From positions 9,311 to 73,310 of the forward strand of contig CALJHG010000004.1 in assembly GCA_938075585.1 (NCBI GenBank): a DNA stretch of 64,000 bases. Reading direction: 5' to 3'. This DNA comes from an uncultured Gammaproteobacteria bacterium (GTDB lineage Bacteria; Pseudomonadota; Gammaproteobacteria; Ga0077536). The translations under genes and the position numbers were made by a program. Under the pieces are notes generated by a model. The model had not been told where the DNA came from, made no database searches, and saw nothing but the letters and a program-made list of their open reading frames with translations. Numbering within the stretch: position 1 is the first letter of the stretch; each line of letters opens with the position of its first letter. Below are positions 42,189 to 51,004 of the stretch, piece by piece.

Positions 42189-42271
42189 TGTTTATTTGTA
42201 AAGCTTTTGGGTAGAAAAAGCGTGGTTGCTAAAAATGATTGATTTGATACTTCAAAAGGAGGGATTACTTT

Positions 42272-43900
42272 ATGTCTACACCGTTGCTTGAAGTCACAGA
42301 TCTATCGGTTAGCTTTGGCAGCGAAAATGTTCGAGAGCCTGTATTGAATCGTGTGAGTTTTTCAATCTCTCGAGGAGAGACGGTTGTACTGGTTGGCGAG
42401 AGCGGCAGTGGCAAATCACTCTCTGCAATGTCTATTGTGAGACTACTTCCGCATGCTGCGAGGATCGATTCAGGTTCTATTTTATTAAATGGTCTGGATC
42501 TGTTTAAACTAAGTGAAAGGCAAATGCGGAATATTCGGGGCGCATCGGTAGGTATGGTTTTTCAAGAACCGCAGTCCTCTCTGAACCCAGTCATGACTGT
42601 CGGCGCACAGATAGCGGAGTCCGTAAGGAGGCATCAAGGAATTCGCGGGAAAAAATTAACGGAGCGTGTGTGTGAATTGATGGACGCGGTGGGAATTAAC
42701 GAACCGCATGAGAAGAGCCGCCAATATCCGCACGAATTTTCAGGTGGAATGAAACAACGCGTGATGATTGCGATAGCGTTAGCTGCCAATCCTGAATTAT
42801 TGATTGCAGATGAGCCGACTACCGCATTAGACGTGACTATTCAGGCGCAAGTATTGGAGTTATTGAAAGCTATTCAGGCTAAACAAAATATGGGTATGCT
42901 TTTTATCACCCATGATTTAGCTGTTGCCAGGCAAATTGCGGACAGAATAGTTGTACTGAAAGAAGGCCAAGTGGTCGAGACGGGAACGAATGAGGTGTTC
43001 TATAAAGCTCCCAGCCATCCGTATTCAAAGGCTTTGTTTGACGCAATTCCTAGTTGGGATAAACGACTTCAGGAAGGCTTAGCGCCCTCCTTAGATGCGA
43101 GAGCGACATTATTGACAGTCGAGAAGCTACGGGTCTGGTTTCCCGTTCGATCGGGACTTTTTGAAAAGAAGATGCCTCCTAATAAAGCGGTAGACGGTGT
43201 AGATTTAGAAGTTTATGAGGGAGAAACGCTCGCTTTGGTTGGAGAATCTGGCTCTGGGAAGACCACGCTGAGTAAGGCTGTATTGCAGCTACTTAGACCT
43301 ACAGCTGGGAGTGTGCATTATGCTGATAAAGATCTGTGTCAGATCGACTCTAGACAGCTGCGAAGTATTCGTGCAGATCTGCAAATCGTTTTTCAAGACC
43401 CTTATTCATCAATGAATCCAAGGATGCTTATTTCGGATATTATTAAAGAGGGAATGAATGCACAGAATGTGGGTGACTCAATTAAGGATAGGGATGATAG
43501 GGCTGCTCACCTAATGGAGCAGGTGGGCCTAGAAGTGGGTCATCTAAAACGGTATCCGCATGAATTTTCTGGAGGGCAGCGGCAGAGGATATGTATCGCG
43601 CGTGCTTTAGCAGTGGAGCCGAAAGTTCTAATTTGTGATGAGCCAACGAGTGCGCTTGATGTATCGGTGCAAGCGCAGATCTTGAGGTTGTTGAGGGAGC
43701 TTCAAGATAATCTTGGGCTTACGTACCTTTTTGTCACTCATAACATAGGAGTTGTTGCGTATATGGCGCACAGAGTCGCAGTCATGTATCGAGGACAGAT
43801 AGTTGAAAATGGGTATGTACAACAGGTGTTACAATCGCCAGAACATGAGTATACTCGAGCGCTTCTTCAAGCGGTCCCTAGGTTGGATAACAACTCATAA
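42272..43900 (+). CDS. ABC transporter ATP-binding protein with two fused ABC domains (YejF-like)
   Basis: Two Walker A motifs (GESGSGKS, GESGSGKT) and two LSGGQ-like signatures (FSGGMKQR, FSGGQRQR). 542 aa, as in E. coli YejF. Confidence 0.9.
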   Translation: MSTPLLEVTDLSVSFGSENVREPVLNRVSFSISRGETVVLVGESGSGKSLSAMSIVRLLPHAARIDSGSILLNGLDLFKLSERQMRNIRGASVGMVFQEPQSSLNPVMTVGAQIAESVRRHQGIRGKKLTERVCELMDAVGINEPHEKSRQYPHEFSGGMKQRVMIAIALAANPELLIADEPTTALDVTIQAQVLELLKAIQAKQNMGMLFITHDLAVARQIADRIVVLKEGQVVETGTNEVFYKAPSHPYSKALFDAIPSWDKRLQEGLAPSLDARATLLTVEKLRVWFPVRSGLFEKKMPPNKAVDGVDLEVYEGETLALVGESGSGKTTLSKAVLQLLRPTAGSVHYADKDLCQIDSRQLRSIRADLQIVFQDPYSSMNPRMLISDIIKEGMNAQNVGDSIKDRDDRAAHLMEQVGLEVGHLKRYPHEFSGGQRQRICIARALAVEPKVLICDEPTSALDVSVQAQILRLLRELQDNLGLTYLFVTHNIGVVAYMAHRVAVMYRGQIVENGYVQQVLQSPEHEYTRALLQAVPRLDNNS

Positions 43901-43976
43901 TCTCATTTGTTTTGAGGTTGTTTTTAAGTAGTTTCGCTACCTGACTCGAATTCTTAAGGTTTTCTTTTTTGAACTA

Positions 43977-45353
43977 ATGAACCGTATTCAAATAAAATCA
44001 GATTTAGCGAATATTCTTGTTGTTGGCTTACCTTTAGTCGTCAATAATCTATCGAGTATTGCTGTCAACATCGCGGACACCCTAATGGCTTCGCAATTAG
44101 GGACTACTCAGTTAGCTGCAGTTGCCATTGGTAGTGGCGTCTGGATTGCTCTATTCTTACTTGGGTTAGGAATAATTATGGCGGTCGGACCGACGGTTGC
44201 GCAGCATTTCGGCGCCAGGCGGTTTCAGCTAATTGGGCATGAAACAAGGCAAGGACTTTTACTGGGCGCCCTGTTATCTTTTATCGTAATAGTTATCATG
44301 CGCTCTATCGAACCTTTATTGTTGTGGATGCGAATTGATGCTGAGGTTTGCCGACTCGCACAGGATTATTTGAGTGCGCTTAGTTGGGGTGTGCTAGCAG
44401 CGTATGGGTATCATACGCTCAAGCAAATGTCCGAAGGAGTAGGGCGCACCATACCAATTATGATAGTTATGGGAGTGATGCTCCCCATAAATATTGGTAT
44501 TAATTATGTTTTAATGTTCGGTAAGTTAGGGTTTGACCCCCTAGGTGCGGTCGGTTGTGGCTTTGGAAATGCGTTGAGCTTTTGGCTTATGTTTTTGATG
44601 TTGGCAGGCTATACTTTAACCTCTCGGCATTATAAGAAATTTGGCATAACGTGCGGAAAACTTAGGGTCGAGTGGGAAGTTTTTAGCCGTCTGATATTAC
44701 TAGGCTTGCCGATAGGGATGTCACTCTTCTTGCAATCAGGACTGTTTACCACGGTTGCGCTACTGATGGCTTCATTAGGCACAGTTGCTGTTGCTGCGCA
44801 TCAGATTGTCTTAAGTTATTCTGGTCTAGTTTTCATGATACCTCTTGGGCTTGCGATGGCATTGACAGTATGTGTGGGGCAGGCGGTGGGTCGTGGTGAC
44901 ACCTCTGGTGCAGGACGAATAGGCTATGTGGGAATCGTAACATGTATGGTTCTTTCTTCTATTTCAGCAATCACTACTTTCTATTTTGGCCCGGTGATCG
45001 CTTCGATTTATACGCAAGACAAAGCGGTATTGGAGCTTTCGGTCATGCTGTTTAAGCTGGCGGCACTCCTGCAATTAGGAGATGGCGTTCAAGTTGCAGG
45101 CGCATTCGCTTTGCGTGGTTTGAAGGACACTCGAGTACCCTTGATTTTGAATGCCATCAATTATTGGGGCTTCGGATTTGTCGCCGCGTATGTACTGGGG
45201 ATCGTTTTCAAGTTTGGTGCTCAAGGTGTTTGGACTGGACTTTCTTTTGCGCTCTTAAGTGCGGCATTCCTCATGGTGGGCAGGTTCGTTTTTTTAATTA
45301 GAGTGACACAGGCGAAAGCCTTGAAGAGAAGTCACTTGGGTAGTAATCAATAA
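43977..45353 (+). CDS. MATE-family multidrug efflux transporter (NorM-like)
   Basis: 458 aa, 12 predicted transmembrane helices, and MATE-like duplicated halves. Confidence 0.8.
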   Translation: MNRIQIKSDLANILVVGLPLVVNNLSSIAVNIADTLMASQLGTTQLAAVAIGSGVWIALFLLGLGIIMAVGPTVAQHFGARRFQLIGHETRQGLLLGALLSFIVIVIMRSIEPLLLWMRIDAEVCRLAQDYLSALSWGVLAAYGYHTLKQMSEGVGRTIPIMIVMGVMLPINIGINYVLMFGKLGFDPLGAVGCGFGNALSFWLMFLMLAGYTLTSRHYKKFGITCGKLRVEWEVFSRLILLGLPIGMSLFLQSGLFTTVALLMASLGTVAVAAHQIVLSYSGLVFMIPLGLAMALTVCVGQAVGRGDTSGAGRIGYVGIVTCMVLSSISAITTFYFGPVIASIYTQDKAVLELSVMLFKLAALLQLGDGVQVAGAFALRGLKDTRVPLILNAINYWGFGFVAAYVLGIVFKFGAQGVWTGLSFALLSAAFLMVGRFVFLIRVTQAKALKRSHLGSNQ

Positions 45354-45863
45354 ACCTAAATAAGTTCATTGAGAGCGTTAGCCGGTCCTGTTGGAATGAG
45401 TATACTGTAAGGTAATCGAAGTAATACGGTGTGTCTAACACACTGCTAACAAATACGAATATCTCTTCTCAGGTCGAAAGTGACAAACCCTTGAATTGAT
45501 TTTTCTTCTTTTACGACTTTTTGTTAGAACCAGGCTACATCAAATAATTTCTTAGCTTTAATGTTTAAATGAAAATATTTGGTATGCCTTTTGAGGAGGC
45601 GATAGGTGATTTTTTCGGAGCATTTATTAGCTTCTAGTGAACATCATCGTGAGGCAAATATGTCACGGGAGGCTCAATACTATACCCGGCCTCTCTCAGG
45701 CAAAGGTTTTTATTGCTTCTAGCCACCATAACACCAAATGATTTGACAGATACAATTTCAGAAATTGGCGATATTGTCATAAAGTGCCGGTTCTCTTCCG
45801 GATTATAGATAGTGCCCTTCACCAATGAGGCTGATTTTTCATCGGAGTTTGATTTTTCCGATA

Positions 45864-46391
45864 CTACTTTTTACGCCTCTCTACATTCAGAGCGACTAAA
45901 TTGGATTCTATATCTTTCCCAGCGTTCATTAGGTTAATTTTTTTATCAATTTTCACGAGTCTGCCATCTTTACCAATATAAAAAGTCCATCTTTTGGCAA
46001 ACCCAATCACGGACTTAACCCCATACCGGTTTGCAACTAGGCCACCAGGGTCACTTAATATAGGGAAATCGGCGTTATTTTTTCTAGCGAACTTTGTATT
46101 TGTTTCATGATCGTCGGTACTTGCCATAAAGTATGCCACTTCGAAATCTTTTAGTATTGGACCACTCTCACGGAGGGATTTACATTCGATTGTTCAGCCT
46201 CCGGTAAACGCTTTCGGAAACCAGGCGATAACCACTGCGGAACCTATGTAGTCACTTAGCCTATGAGTTTTGCCATCCGAACCGATCATTTCAAAGTTTG
46301 GGGCGAAATCACCGACAGCAACGGTATCTTCTGCCCACGTCGGGTTTGTAATATTTAGGGCCGCTAAAACAAAGGCGATTATGTTTTTCAA
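45864..46391 (-). CDS. candidate selenoprotein: periplasmic peroxiredoxin (Prx/Bcp-like) with in-frame TGA (Sec) at 46194-46196 in place of the peroxidatic Cys
   Basis: ORFs 46194..46391 and 45864..46139 are in one frame. The junction reads ...GDFAPNFEMIGSDGKTHRLSDYIGSAVVIAWFPKAFTGG-[TGA]-TIECKSLRESGPILKDFEVAYFMASTDDHETNTKFARKNNADFPILSDP... The universal Prx PxxxTxxC motif reads PKAFTGG-U, with a resolving Cys four residues later. N-terminal signal peptide. SECIS-like hairpin 16 nt downstream. Confidence 0.6.
46162..46177 (-). promoter_or_regulatory. SECIS-like mRNA stem-loop downstream of in-frame UGA
   Basis: On the mRNA: UGA-acaaucgaauguaaau-CCCUC-CGUGA-GAG(U)GG. A 5-bp stem with one bulged U and a 5-nt loop CGUGA, 16 nt after UGA. 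The loop shares CGUG with the hairpin at 23570..23586. Confidence 0.4.
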
Positions 46392-46468
46392 ACTACTTTA
46401 CCTCTAAGATTGTTCAAATTTTTTGCATAACTTAGGTCCGCCATACACGCTGACACCTACCGCGTTGC

Positions 46469-47824
46469 TTAAGAACTGGGCTCTCTCATAGTAACCCATT
46501 CTTCAGCACTGGTCGGATGAATACCAATAGTACTATCAAACATAGCTTTTGTAGCACCAGCTTTTAAAGCGATTGCTAACCCTTGGATGCTCTCTCCTGC
46601 ATCGGGGCCCACCATGTGAGCTCCTATAACCTTATCGTTCGCTTTATTAACGACGAGTTTCATTAGTGTCTTTTCTGTATTTCCCGAAAGCGTATTTTTA
46701 AGCGCGCGAAAAGAAGATTTAAAAACACTAATTTCTGAAAAATTTTGTCTCGCAGATTCTTCGGTGTAGCCGACGCATGCGAGATTAGGCTGACTAAATA
46801 CCGCGCACGGAATGTTTTCATAGCTAACTGGACGACTGCGATCTTGATATAGGTGCGCGACTAGAGCCATCCCTTCTGCCAAAGCCACTGGCGTTAAATT
46901 GACTCGATTGGTTACATCGCCAATAGCGTAAATTGACTCGACATTCGTTTGATAATTGCTGTTGACTATAATGGCATTAGCGGCATCAGTTTCTACACCA
47001 CATGAGTCAAGTCCAAGATTTGAAGTGAGAGGGCTCCTGCCAGTCGCGTACATAGCTGCGTCTGTTTTGATCATCTGCCCATCTTTCAGTTTCACATGTA
47101 GTCCGTCAGCATTTTTCTCAATTGCGCTAATATCATTATCAAACTGGAGATTTACCCCTTTATTCCCCATTTCTTCCGATAAAAACACTCTCGCGTCTAG
47201 GTCGAATCCGCGTAGAAACATGGAACCACGATAAATTTGCGTAGTTTCGCAACCGAGCCCATTGAATATTCCAGCGAATTCTGTAGCAATATACCCGCCG
47301 CCAACTACTAAAACTTTTTTAGGAAGTTGTTTTAGGAAGAAAGCCTCATTAGAGCTAAATACATGCTCGTTCCCAGGGAACTGAGGTATAAATGGTTCAC
47401 CGCCCGTTGCTATCAGGATTCTATCTGCACTGTAGACGTGACCGCCTACCGAAACTTCATGAGGACCAACTATCGTAGCGTGGTCAAGAAGTATTTTTAC
47501 ACCAGAATTTTCCAGTAGCCTTTGGTAGATTTTATTGAGACGCTCGATCTCTATATTCTTATTTTCTACTAAGCGAGCCCAGTTGAAATTAGCTTCTTTT
47601 ATACCCCACCCATAACCCACTGTATCATCGAATTCCTCGCGCATATGGGCCGCATAAGAAAATAGCTTCTTAGGAATGCACCCAACATTGACGCAGGTCC
47701 CTCCGAGGCTGGCCTTTTCCGCAATAGCTACTTTAACACCCAAATCAGCTGCGAAGCGAGAAGCTCTGACTCCACCAGATCCGGCTCCAATGGTGAATAG
47801 ATCAAAGTCATATTTTTTTTTCAT
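46469..47824 (-). CDS. gor: glutathione-disulfide reductase
   Basis: FAD motif GAGSGG, redox-active disulfide GGTCVNVGCIPKK, and C-terminal IGIHPTSAEEWVTMR, matching E. coli Gor. Probable start MKKKYDFDLF at 47824. The ORF track extends to an upstream ATG at 47920. Confidence 0.85.
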   Translation of the reverse strand: MKKKYDFDLFTIGAGSGGVRASRFAADLGVKVAIAEKASLGGTCVNVGCIPKKLFSYAAHMREEFDDTVGYGWGIKEANFNWARLVENKNIEIERLNKIYQRLLENSGVKILLDHATIVGPHEVSVGGHVYSADRILIATGGEPFIPQFPGNEHVFSSNEAFFLKQLPKKVLVVGGGYIATEFAGIFNGLGCETTQIYRGSMFLRGFDLDARVFLSEEMGNKGVNLQFDNDISAIEKNADGLHVKLKDGQMIKTDAAMYATGRSPLTSNLGLDSCGVETDAANAIIVNSNYQTNVESIYAIGDVTNRVNLTPVALAEGMALVAHLYQDRSRPVSYENIPCAVFSQPNLACVGYTEESARQNFSEISVFKSSFRALKNTLSGNTEKTLMKLVVNKANDKVIGAHMVGPDAGESIQGLAIALKAGATKAMFDSTIGIHPTSAEEWVTMREPSS

Positions 47825-48027
47825 AATGAATGTGGTTCCTTCGACTAGAGCTGAAAAATAAAGGTGCGATATGTGAATGCAGTTTAAAGGGTCAAATATA
47901 TTATTATCAATTGTTTTCATCGAGACAAGAGGTGAGGCGGAGTAAGTGGCTTAGTATGTGCTTGCGATTTTTAAATTTTTTTACCTGTGCTAGGTTATAT
48001 AGATAAACTGTAACAATAGGGACTAAT

Positions 48028-48942
48028 TTGGTGGGTGATAAGATAGAGATAGTGGAAGTGGGTCCGCGAGACGGCTTGCAAAGTCAGTCGGAACTGATTC
48101 ATACGGATGTGAAGCTTCAGCTGATTAATAGGTTGATAGATGCGGGAGTAAAACGGATAGAAGTGGCGAGCTTTGTTAACCCTGCGCGCGTGCCTCAAAT
48201 GGCAGATGTTGATGAATTGATACCTAAACTGAAAAAATCAGAAAGTACGAGCTATATAGGCTTGGTGTTAAACGAGAGAGGCTTGGAGCGAGCACTAGAT
48301 ACTGAGCTAGATGAGATAAATGCGGTGATCGTTACTACAGACACGTTCTGCCTTAAAAATCAGGGCAAGAAAGCGGTCGAGATGCTAAAAAGTGTAAAAC
48401 GTATGGCTCAACTTGCACAAGGTGCGAATAGGTTTTTCGGCGTTACTATCGGGGCGAGTTTTGGTTGCCCTTTTGAAGGAGAAGTACCGCCCAGCAAAGT
48501 TTTAGGACTAGTTAATACTTTGGTGGACATGGGAGTGAGTGAAATAGCCCTTGCAGATACTATTGGAGCAGCTGTCCCTTCTGATATTAGGCGTGTCGTT
48601 GATACGATTGGGAAGGCAATCCAGGATACGCCATTGAGGATGCATTTTCATAACACCCGAAATACCGGTATTGCGAATGTTGCAGCTGCTATTGATTCAG
48701 GTGTAAGGATTATTGACGCGAGCTGCGGTGGAGTAGGTGGTTGTCCTTTTGCCCCGAGGGCCACAGGCAACGTCGGTACCGAAGATGTATTATATATGCT
48801 CCATCGAATGGGTTATTCTACTGGGATTGATGTCCAAAAAATTATTGAGGTGTCAGGATGGCTAGAAGGGCCACTCAAGTCGGAGACGCCGGCCATGATT
48901 TCTAAAGCAGGACTCTTTCCTCCTGAGCTATCATCAATATAA
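48028..48942 (+). CDS. hydroxymethylglutaryl-CoA lyase
   Basis: IVEVGPRDGLQ motif and TIM-barrel DRE-family signatures (HFHNTRN, GGCPFA). Confidence 0.85.
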   Translation: MVGDKIEIVEVGPRDGLQSQSELIHTDVKLQLINRLIDAGVKRIEVASFVNPARVPQMADVDELIPKLKKSESTSYIGLVLNERGLERALDTELDEINAVIVTTDTFCLKNQGKKAVEMLKSVKRMAQLAQGANRFFGVTIGASFGCPFEGEVPPSKVLGLVNTLVDMGVSEIALADTIGAAVPSDIRRVVDTIGKAIQDTPLRMHFHNTRNTGIANVAAAIDSGVRIIDASCGGVGGCPFAPRATGNVGTEDVLYMLHRMGYSTGIDVQKIIEVSGWLEGPLKSETPAMISKAGLFPPELSSI

Positions 48943-48953
48943 TTAGCCGATAT

Positions 48954-49925
48954 TTACTTTATGGCTTTATAGAGCTTAGCTACAGCTTTCAGCCAGGTTT
49001 TTACCGGTTTGATCGGCATTCCCGCATAGGTGCCCGGTTCATTGATGTTTTTTGTGATACCGCCTTTCCCAAGTACGGTCACGTCGTCGGTTACTGAGAC
49101 ATGTCCTACTGTACCCACTTGACCAGCCAGCGTGACCCGGTTTCCTAAGGAAGTACTGCCTGACACTCCTACCTGAGATACAATAAGACAGTCTTTGCCA
49201 GTTGTGACGTTATGGGCCATCATTACTAGATTATCAATTTTAGTTCCTTCTCCTATTCTAGTCTCACTGAATCGCGCCCGGTCAATCGTTGAATTGGCAC
49301 CGACTTCAACTTTGTCTTCAAGAACCACATGCCCCAGCTGAGGAATTTTGAGGTGTGATTGGTCACGGGTCAGGTAGCCGAAGCCGTCTCCCCCTAAAGA
49401 GACCCCAGGTTGCAAAATGCACTCATTGCCCAAGATTGTGTCCTCTCTCAGCGTACAATTAGGGTAAATAATACAATTTTCACCAATTGTACATCTATCC
49501 ATGATCACACTATTTGGAAATACTTTACTTCCTCTTCCGATATAGACATCTTGTCCTATTACAACGTTGGCACCAATAGTGACACAGTCTTCGATATTTG
49601 CGCTTTCGTCTATAGTAGCAGTAGACGCAATCATTACGGTCTGTGATAGTTGAGTGGGGGAAAAAAAACTGGCGATCTTAGATATGACGTATTCAGGATC
49701 ACTGGTAATTAGATTCGTTTTCCCTGAGACAATGGAGTCCTTAGTTACAACAAAAGCTGGTATGTTAGACTTTGAAGCTTCTTCACAATATTTTCTATCT
49801 TTAATAAATGCTAGGTGATCAGTAAGGTTGTCGGATAATCCACAAACACCGCAAACAGTTAGCGAGGTTTCACCAATACTTTCTAATTTATACTGCGTTT
49901 TTATTTCCGAAATCTTATAATGCAT
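48954..49925 (-). CDS. UDP-3-O-(3-hydroxyacyl)glucosamine N-acyltransferase-like protein (LpxD family, left-handed beta-helix)
   Basis: Hexapeptide-repeat core with an LpxD-like N-terminal domain. 323 aa. Confidence 0.6.
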   Translation of the reverse strand: MHYKISEIKTQYKLESIGETSLTVCGVCGLSDNLTDHLAFIKDRKYCEEASKSNIPAFVVTKDSIVSGKTNLITSDPEYVISKIASFFSPTQLSQTVMIASTATIDESANIEDCVTIGANVVIGQDVYIGRGSKVFPNSVIMDRCTIGENCIIYPNCTLREDTILGNECILQPGVSLGGDGFGYLTRDQSHLKIPQLGHVVLEDKVEVGANSTIDRARFSETRIGEGTKIDNLVMMAHNVTTGKDCLIVSQVGVSGSTSLGNRVTLAGQVGTVGHVSVTDDVTVLGKGGITKNINEPGTYAGMPIKPVKTWLKAVAKLYKAIK

Positions 49926-50063
49926 GTGGATTCCTTTTTACACCTGATCTCTAACTCTTGTCAGCGTCATTATCACGAAAATAGCATCGAACTTTAGTTT
50001 GTTTTTACCTTTCCAAACTGTTGTCGTTATAATAGTAAAAATCCACAGTTTCAAGGGATTATT

Positions 50064-50939
50064 TTGAAGAAAAGAAAAACCAAGAAAAAGACTCGATTGC
50101 AGTCACACGAAAGCGAGAGCAGGAATAGGGCTGTAAGGCAACCTAATTGGCTGCTATTCGCTATTGCTGCACTTGGACTTATTGTTACCGGTGTTTTACT
50201 TTGGGGTTCCTTTAACCAAACTGTTTTGCCTTACTGCAGCACATCTTCAGGTTGCGACGTGATACAAAAGAGTGCTTGGTCACAGTTCCTCGGAGTACCT
50301 TTAGCTGCATGGGGCGGGCTTACCTATGCTGTATTATTGATTTGTTCGCTGGATTGGTTAGGGCAACGTGCGTCCCGTAAAATTTCAGTATTTATTGCAT
50401 CTGCAGGTTTTTTTATTAGTTGCTATTTAACTGCTGTGGGATACTTTTATCTACACGCCTTTTGCCAGTACTGTCTTATATCCTTGGTTTTGATAGCTTC
50501 TATTTTTATAATTTCACTTCGGGATAACAGAAGACGAGAACGGCGTTGGTTTTATTTCGGTGGTGCGGCAGCTATATTTGTTGTTTTGATAATGCAAAGC
50601 GCTAATGGCGATAAAGCACTATTTGGATCGCGTGAGGATCCTGAATTAACCGCTCTTGCCAATCACCTTTCCGAGCAAGGTTTTACGTTTTATGGAGCGA
50701 GTTGGTGTAATGCTTGCCAAGAGCAAAAGAAATTAGTCGGCGGATCGTCGGAGTATCTCCCATATGTGGAATGCTCAAAATACGGCCAAAATGGGCCGAG
50801 CACTACCGAATGTCAGTTGCAAGAAATTCGTAATTATCCGACTTGGCTCATTAATGGTCGGAGGTTTGAATATGTGCTATCGGTAGAGAGATTGAAAGGG
50901 CTCTCGGGCTTTAAGTACGAGCAAGCTGACCCTAAATAG
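50064..50939 (+). CDS. vitamin K epoxide reductase (VKOR) homologue fused to a C-terminal thioredoxin-like domain
   Basis: Membrane domain with a loop Cys pair (CSTSSGC), the TYA motif, and an in-membrane CQYC active site. Then a soluble domain with WCNAC (FYGASWCNACQEQKKLV). Confidence 0.75.
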   Translation: MKKRKTKKKTRLQSHESESRNRAVRQPNWLLFAIAALGLIVTGVLLWGSFNQTVLPYCSTSSGCDVIQKSAWSQFLGVPLAAWGGLTYAVLLICSLDWLGQRASRKISVFIASAGFFISCYLTAVGYFYLHAFCQYCLISLVLIASIFIISLRDNRRRERRWFYFGGAAAIFVVLIMQSANGDKALFGSREDPELTALANHLSEQGFTFYGASWCNACQEQKKLVGGSSEYLPYVECSKYGQNGPSTTECQLQEIRNYPTWLINGRRFEYVLSVERLKGLSGFKYEQADPK

Positions 50940-51004
50940 GTAGAGATGGAAAGAGAGTTTTTGCAAGTTTTTATGTTGTATGCGGTTAAAATTTAGGAGT
51001 TAGT

